Shown: piece by piece, positions 30,092 through 38,372 of the stretch
Layout: each line of letters opens with the position of its first letter
How positions within the stretch are numbered: the stretch's first letter is position 1
Assembly (NCBI GenBank): GCA_041659985.1
Contig: JBAZXE010000002.1
Span: 4,714-68,713 of the forward strand
Length of the DNA: 64,000 nt
From: Thermoplasmatota archaeon
GTDB taxonomy: Archaea; Thermoplasmatota; E2; JACPAO01; JAHFTW01
Reading direction: 5' to 3'
Translations under genes and position numbers: made by a program
The notes under the pieces: model-generated
Database searches by the model: none
Told to the model about the DNA's origin: nothing
Seen by the model: the letters and a program-made list of their open reading frames with translations, nothing else

Positions 30092-30967
30092 ATGCCGTCC
30101 AACGAAGTCCTGCTGGAGGACGCGTCCATCGTGCTCGCGCTCCTCCTGCTGGAGGCCGTCCTGTCCTTCGACAACGCCGCCATCCTGGCGGCGATGGTGC
30201 GCAAGCTGCCCGTGCGGGACCGCCGCAAAGCCCTCCTGTACGGATTGGTGGGCGCCTACGGGTTGCGGTTCGCCGCCATCCTGCTGGCCTCCGTGCTCAT
30301 CGCCAACCCGATCCTCAAGGTCATCGGCGGCGGCTACCTGCTGTTCATCGGCCTTAGGCACTTCATCACGCTGGTGACGCACAAGCCACACGAGCACAAG
30401 GACCACGCCATCAAGACCGGGTTCCTCACCCGACTCGGCGTGCCCGCCCTGGTGGCGGTCATCGTCCAGATTGAACTGATCGACCTTGCTTTCGCCATCG
30501 ACCAGGTCATCGTCGCCGTCGCCTTCACGCCCAAGATCTGGCTCATTGTCATCGCGAGCTTCATCGGCATCCTGTTCCTGCGCCTTGCGGCCGCCTTGAT
30601 CGCCCGCGTCATGGATTGGCTCCCGCTGCTGGAGCACATGGCCTACGTCGCGGTGACCTACGTCGGCCTCAAGCTGGTCCTGCTGTACCCGGTCTCCTTC
30701 ATCAACGACGGCCACGGAATCCACGTGCCGACGCCGCTCAGCATCAGCATCACGATGGCGCTCTTCGTCATCCCCATCCTGGTGAAGCTGGTGTTCAACG
30801 TGCCCCGGAGTGTTCCGCAAGGGTCTCACGTGGCGACGACCGCGCCGGAGTCCCCTGCCCCCAAACCTGAACCCGGGCGCCTGCAGGCGGCCAACACCGA
30901 CGTGAAGGACGCCCCGCGTTACGTGGACGGCGTCCTGCAGCCGCCGCGCCCTCCCCCGGAACCTTGA
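30092..30967 (+). CDS. TerC-family integral membrane protein, copy 1
   Basis: LLLLEAVLSFDNAAILAAMV...GGGYLLFIGLRHF. The ATG directly abuts the queC stop (TGAATG). Confidence 0.8.
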   Translation: MPSNEVLLEDASIVLALLLLEAVLSFDNAAILAAMVRKLPVRDRRKALLYGLVGAYGLRFAAILLASVLIANPILKVIGGGYLLFIGLRHFITLVTHKPHEHKDHAIKTGFLTRLGVPALVAVIVQIELIDLAFAIDQVIVAVAFTPKIWLIVIASFIGILFLRLAAALIARVMDWLPLLEHMAYVAVTYVGLKLVLLYPVSFINDGHGIHVPTPLSISITMALFVIPILVKLVFNVPRSVPQGSHVATTAPESPAPKPEPGRLQAANTDVKDAPRYVDGVLQPPRPPPEP

Positions 30968-30980
30968 AACCCGACCCGCC

Positions 30981-31880
30981 GTGGCCGCAGCAATGGTGGA
31001 CCTGATTGGGGACATCGCCATCGTCGCCACGCTCGTGGTGCTCGAGGCCGTCCTGTCCTTCGACAACGCGGCCATCCTGACCGTCCTGTCGCGCCGCCTG
31101 CATGACCCTGCCCAGCGACGCCGGGCGCTGAACTACGGCTTGGCCATCGCCTACGTCCTGCGCGTCCTGGCCATCTTCGCCGCCGTCTTCCTCGTCCGCC
31201 AGCCTTTGTTCCTCGTTCTCGGCGGCGCATACCTCATCATCCTCGGCATCAAGCACTTCGTGGCGCTGGCCAAGAAGGGCGACGAGCACCTCACCGCCGA
31301 GCACAAACCCCTCCTGGCACGATTCGGGATGACGGCATTCGCCGCCGTCGTCGTGGAGATCGGGGTCATCGACCTCGTCTTCGCCCTCGACCAGGTCGTC
31401 GCCGCCGTCGGCTTCGTGCGCGGCCATGAGCACGCCACGGTCCTCATCGTCATCGCCGCGACGCTTGGCCTGCTCAGCCTGCGGGTTCTGGCGCCCTTCA
31501 TCGGCCGCCTCATGGACTGGCTTCCGCTGCTCGAGCACATGGCGTTCGTCGCCGTGGCGTTCGTGGGCACACTGATGGTGCTGGAGCACACCTCCATCGA
31601 CCACGGCCTGCAGCTTGTCGGCAACCCCGACGCAGAAGGAGCGCCGCATGTCCTGTTCCACCTGGAGAAGATGGTTAAGATTGCCATCACGTTGAGTCTG
31701 TTCCTGGTGCCGGTTGTCGTCAAGCTGGTGTTCAAGGTGCCCAGGAGCCACCCCGGCGTGCATGCCGCCGTCGAGGCGGACTTCGCAGCCGGCGCCCCGC
31801 ACCGCGGCGACGACGTCTTGCAGGGCGACCCGAAGCACCCCGGTCAGATGCTTCACGACGACCCTGGCCGCTCGCCTTAA
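30981..31880 (+). CDS. TerC-family integral membrane protein, copy 2
   Basis: LVVLEAVLSFDNAAILTVLS...GGAYLIILGIKHF. GTG start 13 nt after the copy-1 stop. Confidence 0.8.
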   Translation: MAAAMVDLIGDIAIVATLVVLEAVLSFDNAAILTVLSRRLHDPAQRRRALNYGLAIAYVLRVLAIFAAVFLVRQPLFLVLGGAYLIILGIKHFVALAKKGDEHLTAEHKPLLARFGMTAFAAVVVEIGVIDLVFALDQVVAAVGFVRGHEHATVLIVIAATLGLLSLRVLAPFIGRLMDWLPLLEHMAFVAVAFVGTLMVLEHTSIDHGLQLVGNPDAEGAPHVLFHLEKMVKIAITLSLFLVPVVVKLVFKVPRSHPGVHAAVEADFAAGAPHRGDDVLQGDPKHPGQMLHDDPGRSP

Positions 31881-31904
31881 GGGCTCGTGGCCTGACGGGC
31901 CCTT

Positions 31905-32558
31905 GTGCAGATTACCGAGGTGTTCTACTCGGTGCAGGGCGAGGGCCGCCGCATGGGCGTTCCCACGACGTTCGTGCGCACGACGGGATGCCACCTCCGT
32001 TGCGTCTGGTGCGATGCCGCCTACGCGTTCTACGGCGGCGAGAAGAAAGGCCTCGACGAATTGATGGCCGAGGTGGCCAAGCACCCGACGAAGGAGGTCT
32101 GCTTCACCGGTGGCGAGCCGCTCCTGCAGAAGGACGCGTGGGAGTTCGTCACGCGCCTGCTTGACGACGACTACTCCGTGCTCATCGAGACCTCCGGGAA
32201 CCTGTCCTTCGCGCGGGCCAACGAGTACCCCGTCAAGGTCCGCGACCGCCTGTGCATTAGCATGGACGTCAAGTGCCCCGGCTCCGGCATGGCCAGTAAG
32301 AACGACCTGCTGTTGCTCAAGGACCTGCGCTCGCCGGACCAGCTCAAGTTCGTCATCGCCGACCGCGCGGACTTCGACTTCGCCGCCGATGTCGTGCGCA
32401 AGCATGGCCCGTTCCCCTGCCCGGTCTACTTCAACCCCGTCGGCGGCACCGACCCAAAGGCGCTCACCGAGTGGGTCCTGGCGGAGACCAAGCCGCTCGA
32501 CGTACATGTCGGATTGCAGTTGCACAAGCTGGTGTGGGGCGACGTGCCGGGGCGGTGA
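31905..32558 (+). CDS. queE: 7-carboxy-7-deazaguanine synthase (radical SAM)
   Basis: ITEVFYSVQGEGRRMGVPTTFVRTTGCHLRCVWCDAAYAF...CFTGGEPLLQ. GTG start 24 nt after the TerC-2 stop. Confidence 0.92.
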   Translation: MQITEVFYSVQGEGRRMGVPTTFVRTTGCHLRCVWCDAAYAFYGGEKKGLDELMAEVAKHPTKEVCFTGGEPLLQKDAWEFVTRLLDDDYSVLIETSGNLSFARANEYPVKVRDRLCISMDVKCPGSGMASKNDLLLLKDLRSPDQLKFVIADRADFDFAADVVRKHGPFPCPVYFNPVGGTDPKALTEWVLAETKPLDVHVGLQLHKLVWGDVPGR

Positions 32559-32641
32559 TTACCTGCAGTTGTGCGGCCGCCAATCGATAGGCCAGCGCCT
32601 GGGCGAGTCCGTTGAAATAGGGCGATTAGTGGTCCAAGCCC

Positions 32642-33106
32642 GTGCGCCTGATTCCATTGGTCGCCCTAATGCTGGCCGGCTGCTCTGCATCTCCCGACCC
32701 CGCTCTTCCCCCCGTTGAGGTACTGGGGCCCCCGGCTCGGATTATTGTCTCGTGGGAGAACGTGACCTGGGAGTCCATCTGCACCGTTCCGGCAGGCTCG
32801 ACGTGCGGTGTTAGCAATCATGAATTCAACGAATGGCGATTACAGGACGTTGGATCCGACCTTTGGCTCAACTTCACCTGGGAAGCCAATGACGAAGCAA
32901 ACCGAGAGCTCACCGTGTCATACGGCAGTGGCGAGCAAACGGGTCCATCACCGTTGAGCATCCACGTGGACGAACCCGAGGAGGAAATCACAATCACCGT
33001 GAGTGGGAAAATCACGTCGTATTTTGTGGCGTACGAGGACGCGCCCCCGCAAGAATTCATGGCAACCGCCAGTTACCTTGCGGTTGCTTCTTTTGGCGAC
33101 CCATAA
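32642..33106 (+). CDS. lipoprotein, unknown function, atypical codon usage
   Basis: GTG start; MRLIPLVALMLAGCSASPD (lipobox). It has many A/T-ending codons (att cca ttg cta tct gca gtt aat cat gaa tta...), unlike its neighbours. Confidence 0.6.
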   Translation: MRLIPLVALMLAGCSASPDPALPPVEVLGPPARIIVSWENVTWESICTVPAGSTCGVSNHEFNEWRLQDVGSDLWLNFTWEANDEANRELTVSYGSGEQTGPSPLSIHVDEPEEEITITVSGKITSYFVAYEDAPPQEFMATASYLAVASFGDP

Positions 33107-33122
33107 CCCGGGGCTGGCTCGT

Positions 33123-33632
33123 TTATCCAAAATACTTCAGCGCGCCCTCGAAGAACACGACGACGATGACGAGGATGGCGCACTCGACGATGGCGCCAAG
33201 CACGATCGTGGGCAGCGATTTCTTCATCGGCATTCCCAGGACGTAGGCGGTCAGGCACGCCGTCCAGGTCCCCGCTCCGGGCAACGGCAGCGCGACAATG
33301 GTGAACAGCCCGGCGTGGCCGGCGCGCTCAGCCTTCAGGCTCTTGCGCCGCGTACGCAGCCAAAGCCAATCCAAAGCGCGCGCCATCCAGGTGACATTGC
33401 GGGCGATGCGTTCGGCGCCGATGAGGATCCCAAACGCCAACGGCACGATGAGCAGGCTCGCGAGGAAGGAGACGGCGAAGGTCGGGAACCAATGCCAGTT
33501 GTAGACCAGCATGGCGACGGGGATGCTGGCGCGGACCTCGAGGATTGGCGTGATGGTCAGCAGGACGAGGATGAGCCAATCTGGAAGGCCCAGGCTATCG
33601 AAGCCGGCACGCACGGTTTCAGACAGGCTCAC
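33123..33632 (-). CDS. small multidrug-export-like membrane protein (COG2426 type)
   Basis: LLTITPILEVRASIPVAMLVY...GLFTIVALPLPGAGTWTACL. Confidence 0.65.
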   Translation of the reverse strand: MSLSETVRAGFDSLGLPDWLILVLLTITPILEVRASIPVAMLVYNWHWFPTFAVSFLASLLIVPLAFGILIGAERIARNVTWMARALDWLWLRTRRKSLKAERAGHAGLFTIVALPLPGAGTWTACLTAYVLGMPMKKSLPTIVLGAIVECAILVIVVVFFEGALKYFG

Positions 33633-33671
33633 GTGCCGTCCCAGGGCCCCGCGCTCTTTAGGATGCCGCGG

Positions 33672-34259
33672 TCAAACGCCAGGGGCGTACTGCACCAGCA
33701 TGACGGCAAACACCAGGAGGAGGTCCGCCGAGAGCAGGGTCATGGTAGGCGTGAACCAGCCCCAGCGCTGCGCCCCGTGCGCGACCAGGTTGCTGAAGAC
33801 AAGGACCCAGCCGAAGACGGCCACCACGAAGCCGACGGCGCCCCACACGCCCTGCTCGCCGAGGAAAGTCGCTCCGGCAGACAACCACCACGCATACTGG
33901 AACGGATTGCTGAGCGTCACGGCCCACAAGGCCAAGGGGTGGGCGGGCGGCGGCTTGGCGACGTGGGCGCGGAGGCGGGCAGTGTCCCAGGCCAGGTAGA
34001 GCATGAGCAAGGCGCCGATGCCCGCCAACCAAGGCTTCGCGGGGTCAAGGTCCAGGACCTGCGGCAGCCCGAAAACGATGAGCAGCATGTACACGGTGTC
34101 AAGCGTGGGTGCGGGAAGTCCGGCGCGGATGCCGCCGAGGGCGCCATGGCGACTGGCTTCGCGCACGATGAGGGCATTGACGGGGCCGGGCGGAATGGCG
34201 AGGCTGAGGCCAAGTCCGGCTCCGAGGGCAATGGAGACCAAGGCGGCGAGCATGTCCAT
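33672..34259 (-). CDS. LysE/RhtB family amino-acid exporter
   Basis: GLSLAIPPGPVNALIVREA...TLSNPFQYAWW. Confidence 0.8.
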   Translation of the reverse strand: MDMLAALVSIALGAGLGLSLAIPPGPVNALIVREASRHGALGGIRAGLPAPTLDTVYMLLIVFGLPQVLDLDPAKPWLAGIGALLMLYLAWDTARLRAHVAKPPPAHPLALWAVTLSNPFQYAWWLSAGATFLGEQGVWGAVGFVVAVFGWVLVFSNLVAHGAQRWGWFTPTMTLLSADLLLVFAVMLVQYAPGV

Positions 34260-34266
34260 TCCAACT

Positions 34267-34301
34267 CAATCCGGCGAATCGGTCGTCAATCCGGCGAATC
34301 A
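34267..34301. repeat. two perfect direct copies of the GATTCGCCGGATTGA box (half element)
   Basis: The coding (minus) strand reads TGATTCGCCGGATTGA-CGACC-GATTCGCCGGATTGA-GTTGGA-ATG. The TGA is the stop of the AhpD-like gene and the ATG is the lysE-family start. Confidence 0.85.
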
Positions 34302-34856
34302 GTAATGGTAGTCCCGTTCGCCGTCGGGCTCCAAGTCGGCGCCGAGGCCGAGGCTCAGGCGGTTGACGAAATTGAAGTAGGAGACAATCTCGACGGCCTG
34401 CAGGATGTGCTCGTCGTGGAAGCCGCGCGCCTTGAGGGCGGCGACGGCTTCCTTGCGGCCCTTGGCCGGGTCCTTGGTGAGGCCGATGGCGAAGTGCACG
34501 AGGGCGGCCTCGCGCTCGTTGAGCTTGGCCTTGGCGGGGTCCTTGGCGACGGACTTGACCCATTCGGGGTCGCGGGCGTGGCGGTCGAGGCCCTCGGAGT
34601 GGTGCGTGAGGCAGTACTGGTCGCCGTTGACCGATGAGACGACGACGGCCAGGAGCTCGGCTTCGCGGCGGCTGAGCCCGCCTTTCCCGAACACGGTGGC
34701 CATGTAGAGGTCGAGGTGGGCGCGCAGGGCCTTCGGGTTCAGGCTCTGGACGCGCAGGATGTTGGAGACGCGGCCGCGGTTGCGCTGGATCTCGTCGTAG
34801 ATCTCGAACAGCTTGCCGTCCGCTTCATCTTCCCCGACGACCTTGATGTAAGCCAA
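34299..34856 (-). CDS. AhpD-like / carboxymuconolactone decarboxylase family, peroxidase-related
   Basis: VVSSVNGDQYCLTHHSEGL (the N.C.YC...H pattern) and IVSYFNFVNRL. Confidence 0.85.
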   Translation of the reverse strand: MAYIKVVGEDEADGKLFEIYDEIQRNRGRVSNILRVQSLNPKALRAHLDLYMATVFGKGGLSRREAELLAVVVSSVNGDQYCLTHHSEGLDRHARDPEWVKSVAKDPAKAKLNEREAALVHFAIGLTKDPAKGRKEAVAALKARGFHDEHILQAVEIVSYFNFVNRLSLGLGADLEPDGERDYHY

Positions 34857-34993
34857 ATGCGCACCGTGTTGGGCCTTCGGCGTCCCGGGGCCGCATGGCG
34901 GCCGCCGCTTGCCTAGAGGCTCTGCGAAGTTCCGATGGAGGTCCCGGTCTTAAGCCTGGGCGCGGCCCGGAGGTCGTTTCCAGGAGGGCCGCT

Positions 34994-35197
34994 TTACTTG
35001 CCGCGGCTGCGGCCGATGAAGACCATGATGCCGGCGAAGATGAGCGCGAGGGGGCCAACCATGGACCAGTTGAAAGTCCACCAGGCCATGTTGTCGCCGA
35101 GCCAGGCGACGCCCAGCAGGAGGAAGAACAGGCCGAACCAATTGAAGGAGCTCCAGTCCATCGTCGCTTTGCCGCTCCCCATGTAGGTGTCGTTCAT
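34994..35197 (-). CDS. small Trp-rich two-TM membrane protein
   Basis: WSSFNWFGLFFLLLGVAWLGDNMAWWTFNWSMVGPLALIFAGIMVFIG. Confidence 0.45.
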   Translation of the reverse strand: MNDTYMGSGKATMDWSSFNWFGLFFLLLGVAWLGDNMAWWTFNWSMVGPLALIFAGIMVFIGRSRGK

Positions 35198-35273
35198 CGA
35201 AGGGAAAACCTTGGAAGGGAGGGATAAGGGTGCCTAAATCGACGCGCCGCGGACGGCTTGAGGGTGAACGGGT

Positions 35274-35903
35274 TCACGCCTTGACAGCGGAGTCCCGCCG
35301 GCTCTGCCAGAGAATCCGGCTGGCGACCGAACAATACGGCGACCACGCGGCCTGCCGGCCCTGCATGAAGGCCGCCGTCTTCGGCATCGGGACTTGGTAC
35401 ACCTCGGACACGGCAAGTCGTAGGCCGAGGTCCTCGTGCGGCAGGACATCGGGGCGATGCAGGTGGAACATGAGGAACATCTTGGCGGTCCACGTGCCGA
35501 TGCCCTTGACCGTGGTAAGCTCGAACAGAATGGCTTCGTCCGTCATCGCAGGGAAGCGGTCGAACTCGACGTCGTTGCGGGCCGTCTTGTCGGCGAGGTC
35601 GAGGACGTAGGCCGCTTTGGCACGGCTCAATCCAGCGCCACGCAACTGGTCGGGACTGCGGTTGAGGATGCGGCGCGGCGTGATCTTGCCGCCCAGGAGC
35701 TTGATGAGCCGGCCCTGGATGGTGCGCGCCGCCGCCATGCTGACCTGCTGGTGCACGATGGACAAGACCAGCGTCGAGAAGCCGTCGCTGGTCAACGAGT
35801 GCGGCTCCGCGGGCAGCGGGTTCGCCTTACTCAGGAGAGCGAGGACCTTGTCGGTCTTCTTCCAGTGCCGCGTCGCTTCGGGCTGCAGCGCCTGGAGGGT
35901 CAT
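35274..35903 (-). CDS. HhH-GPD DNA glycosylase (AlkA-like 3-methyladenine glycosylase II)
   Basis: LTTVKGIGTWTAKMFLMFHLHRPDVLPHEDLGLR. Confidence 0.85.
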   Translation of the reverse strand: MTLQALQPEATRHWKKTDKVLALLSKANPLPAEPHSLTSDGFSTLVLSIVHQQVSMAAARTIQGRLIKLLGGKITPRRILNRSPDQLRGAGLSRAKAAYVLDLADKTARNDVEFDRFPAMTDEAILFELTTVKGIGTWTAKMFLMFHLHRPDVLPHEDLGLRLAVSEVYQVPMPKTAAFMQGRQAAWSPYCSVASRILWQSRRDSAVKA

Positions 35904-36424
35904 GCCGTGGACGGGCCGTCGATGTAGGTCGGCCGCCAGGGGATGCGACTCAGCGTCATCAGCAGCGTGAACGTGAAGATGATGAGGGCGTTGAGGACGT
36001 GAAACGACCGTGCCACGCCTTCGAGGCCGATGAAGGCATACTGCACCTCAACCAGGACCAGGATGGCGATGCCGCTCCAGCCCGCCTCCTTGTCCGCGCC
36101 GATGAAGCCGGCCACGGCGATGAGAAGCGGCAGCAGTTCCAGGACGTGCACGAAGAAGATGTGGGCGTTCAGGAACGCCGAGACTCCGGTGATCCAGTAT
36201 TGTTCGTCCCCGAGGAGACCCGCGCCAGCCAGGGCGATTTGCATGACGACGCACCCTAGCATGATGAGGAACAGCCAGGCGACCGCCTTGCGGAAGTTCA
36301 GGCGCCATCCCGGCAGCGGTTGGACGGCGGGCTCGGCCGGCGGAGGGTTTGCAAGACGCTCCGGGGAGTTGAGGGCCGGGGGCACCGGACGGACCGGATT
36401 GGGCTTCAGGGGCGGGCCAGCCAT
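35900..36424 (-). CDS. polytopic membrane protein, unknown function
   Basis: Pro-rich N-terminus followed by 4 TM helices. There is a 4-nt overlap with the glycosylase gene. Confidence 0.5.
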   Translation of the reverse strand: MAGPPLKPNPVRPVPPALNSPERLANPPPAEPAVQPLPGWRLNFRKAVAWLFLIMLGCVVMQIALAGAGLLGDEQYWITGVSAFLNAHIFFVHVLELLPLLIAVAGFIGADKEAGWSGIAILVLVEVQYAFIGLEGVARSFHVLNALIIFTFTLLMTLSRIPWRPTYIDGPSTA

Positions 36425-36496
36425 GCGCCTTGACTCGGCGGGCGGGTTTTCAAGGTGCCGGATTCAGAGAGTGGACGCCGGGGTTTCGGGGCATGG

Positions 36497-38278
36497 CTAA
36501 GCCGCTTTCCATGCGTCGCTGGGCTTGAACTGCGTCTCGTACAATCCGTGGAACAAGGGCTCGAACTTGAGTCGCTGGTCCTTGCCAGTGGCGGTTTTCG
36601 GGATGGCATCGACGAAGCGGACGACTTTGGGGGATTTCTCCCACGGCACGCCCCTGCGCTTGAACCAAGCCTGAACGTTGGCTTCCGTTAGCTCCGCGCC
36701 GGCCGCGTCCGTCTTGCGTTCCAGAACGGCCCCGATTTCCTGGCCGAGCTTCTGCGACTTGAAGCCGTAGGCGAGGGCGTTCTCGACGCCGGGAATCTGG
36801 CGCAGGAGGGCATCAATCTCGAAGGTGCTGAACATCTCGCCGCCGCGCTCGATGAGCTCCTTGATGCGGCCGACGATGAAGAAGAACGGGCGACCCTTGG
36901 CGTCGAGCGCCATGAAGCCCTCGTCGCCGGTCTGCAGGACGCCGAAGGGGAACGTCTTGGCGTTCGCCTCCTCATTGTGGTAGTACTCTTTCATCAGGTT
37001 GCGGCCGGCGACGACGATCTCGCCCCACGATTCATGGCCGACGGGTTGCCCCAGCCGTCCCGGGGGTTTCGCGGCGCCGGTCTTGGGGTCGATGATGCCC
37101 ATCTGGTTGTGTTGAATCGGCACGCCGATGGAGGGGAAACCGTGGAAACTGATGGCGGACCGGTACTCGGAATCAGTCAAATTGGCGGGAAGGAAACAGG
37201 AATAGCACGTCGTCTCCGACATCCCCCAGCCGTGCGCGATGCGCAGGCCGAACTTCGCGGTGAATCCCTCGGCGACGTCGACGTAAAGCTGGCCGGCGCC
37301 GCAGATGACCGTGCGGAAGCGGTCCCGGATACCTGAGTACTGTCGCAGGTCCTCGCCAATGTCGGTGAGCGCTTTGAGCATGGCCGGTACGACGGAGGTG
37401 GCGGAGACGTTCTCGGCGTAGACACGTTGCCAGAACAGTTGCGGCTTCCACTTGCGGTTGAGCACGATGCTTGCGCCGCACCACATCGCGGTCAGGCAGG
37501 TCGTGACGATGGCGTTGACGTGGAACAGCGGCATCGCCGACATGAAGATGTCGTCGGGGCCGAAGCCGTGGTGCATCGCGATGCCGTGCGCGTCGTAGAG
37601 CATCTCGTGCGTCAGGACGACGCCCTTCGGGTGCCCGGTGGTGCCGGAAGTGTAGACGATGAGGGCCTCGGTGCCAAGCTTCTGCGGCGGAAGATCCGCT
37701 TCGCTCTCGACGGAGTACATCATCTCGTCCCATTCGGCGTCGTACACGGTGCGGACGCAGTTCTCGCCGAACGAGATGACCATCTGGGCGCCGGCCTTGC
37801 GGGCGATGGGGCCGACGCGCGGCGCGCAACCGTCGCGCACGAACAGGGCCTTGACCTTCGCGTGGCCGAGGATGTAGGCGAGGCGCTCGTCGTCTTCCTT
37901 CAGATTGAGCGGCGCCACGACCAATCCGGACGCCCACGCCGCGCAAAGCACCACCAGGGTGTCGCTGTGATTGAATTCGTCCGCGGTGGCAATGGCGTCG
38001 CCGGCGACGAGGCCGAGATCGGCCAGGACCTTCGCGGCGCGGCGAACGTCCACGAGAAATTCCTGTCGCGTCCACGAGCTACGGGTGCGACCGTCATCGT
38101 CGTAGAACACGAGGAACGGCTTGTCGGGGGCCTCGCGGGCGCGGCGCTCCAGCAACTCGCCGATGCCGTCGACGCCGAGGTCGAACGAGGGGCGCACGTC
38201 GCCGAAGAGGTCGCGGTGGTCGAGGCGGTGGGCCTGGGCGATGAGCGCCGCGGTGGACGAGACAGCCTTCGACTGCAC
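36497..38278 (-). CDS. AMP-dependent acyl-CoA synthetase/ligase
   Basis: LIVYTSGTTGHPKGVVLTH...GWGMSET...LQTGDEG...GRIKELI. Confidence 0.92.
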   Translation of the reverse strand: MQSKAVSSTAALIAQAHRLDHRDLFGDVRPSFDLGVDGIGELLERRAREAPDKPFLVFYDDDGRTRSSWTRQEFLVDVRRAAKVLADLGLVAGDAIATADEFNHSDTLVVLCAAWASGLVVAPLNLKEDDERLAYILGHAKVKALFVRDGCAPRVGPIARKAGAQMVISFGENCVRTVYDAEWDEMMYSVESEADLPPQKLGTEALIVYTSGTTGHPKGVVLTHEMLYDAHGIAMHHGFGPDDIFMSAMPLFHVNAIVTTCLTAMWCGASIVLNRKWKPQLFWQRVYAENVSATSVVPAMLKALTDIGEDLRQYSGIRDRFRTVICGAGQLYVDVAEGFTAKFGLRIAHGWGMSETTCYSCFLPANLTDSEYRSAISFHGFPSIGVPIQHNQMGIIDPKTGAAKPPGRLGQPVGHESWGEIVVAGRNLMKEYYHNEEANAKTFPFGVLQTGDEGFMALDAKGRPFFFIVGRIKELIERGGEMFSTFEIDALLRQIPGVENALAYGFKSQKLGQEIGAVLERKTDAAGAELTEANVQAWFKRRGVPWEKSPKVVRFVDAIPKTATGKDQRLKFEPLFHGLYETQFKPSDAWKAA

Positions 38279-38372
38279 GCCGCAGCACAGGAGAAGGCCG
38301 CTATGAGCATGACCGACGCTTGCAGGAGACGTCCAACAGGATTAATTTGGGTGGGGCGGGCGTGCGGACCTG

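Noticed and set aside
29921-32525. Minus-strand ORFs 29921..31075 (384 aa) and 30795..32525 (576 aa).
   Set aside because: They are antisense to the queC/TerC/TerC/queE genes, which have clear family motifs.
33003-34637. 544-aa plus-strand ORF.
   Set aside because: It is antisense to three well-supported minus-strand genes (small export protein, LysE family, AhpD-like).
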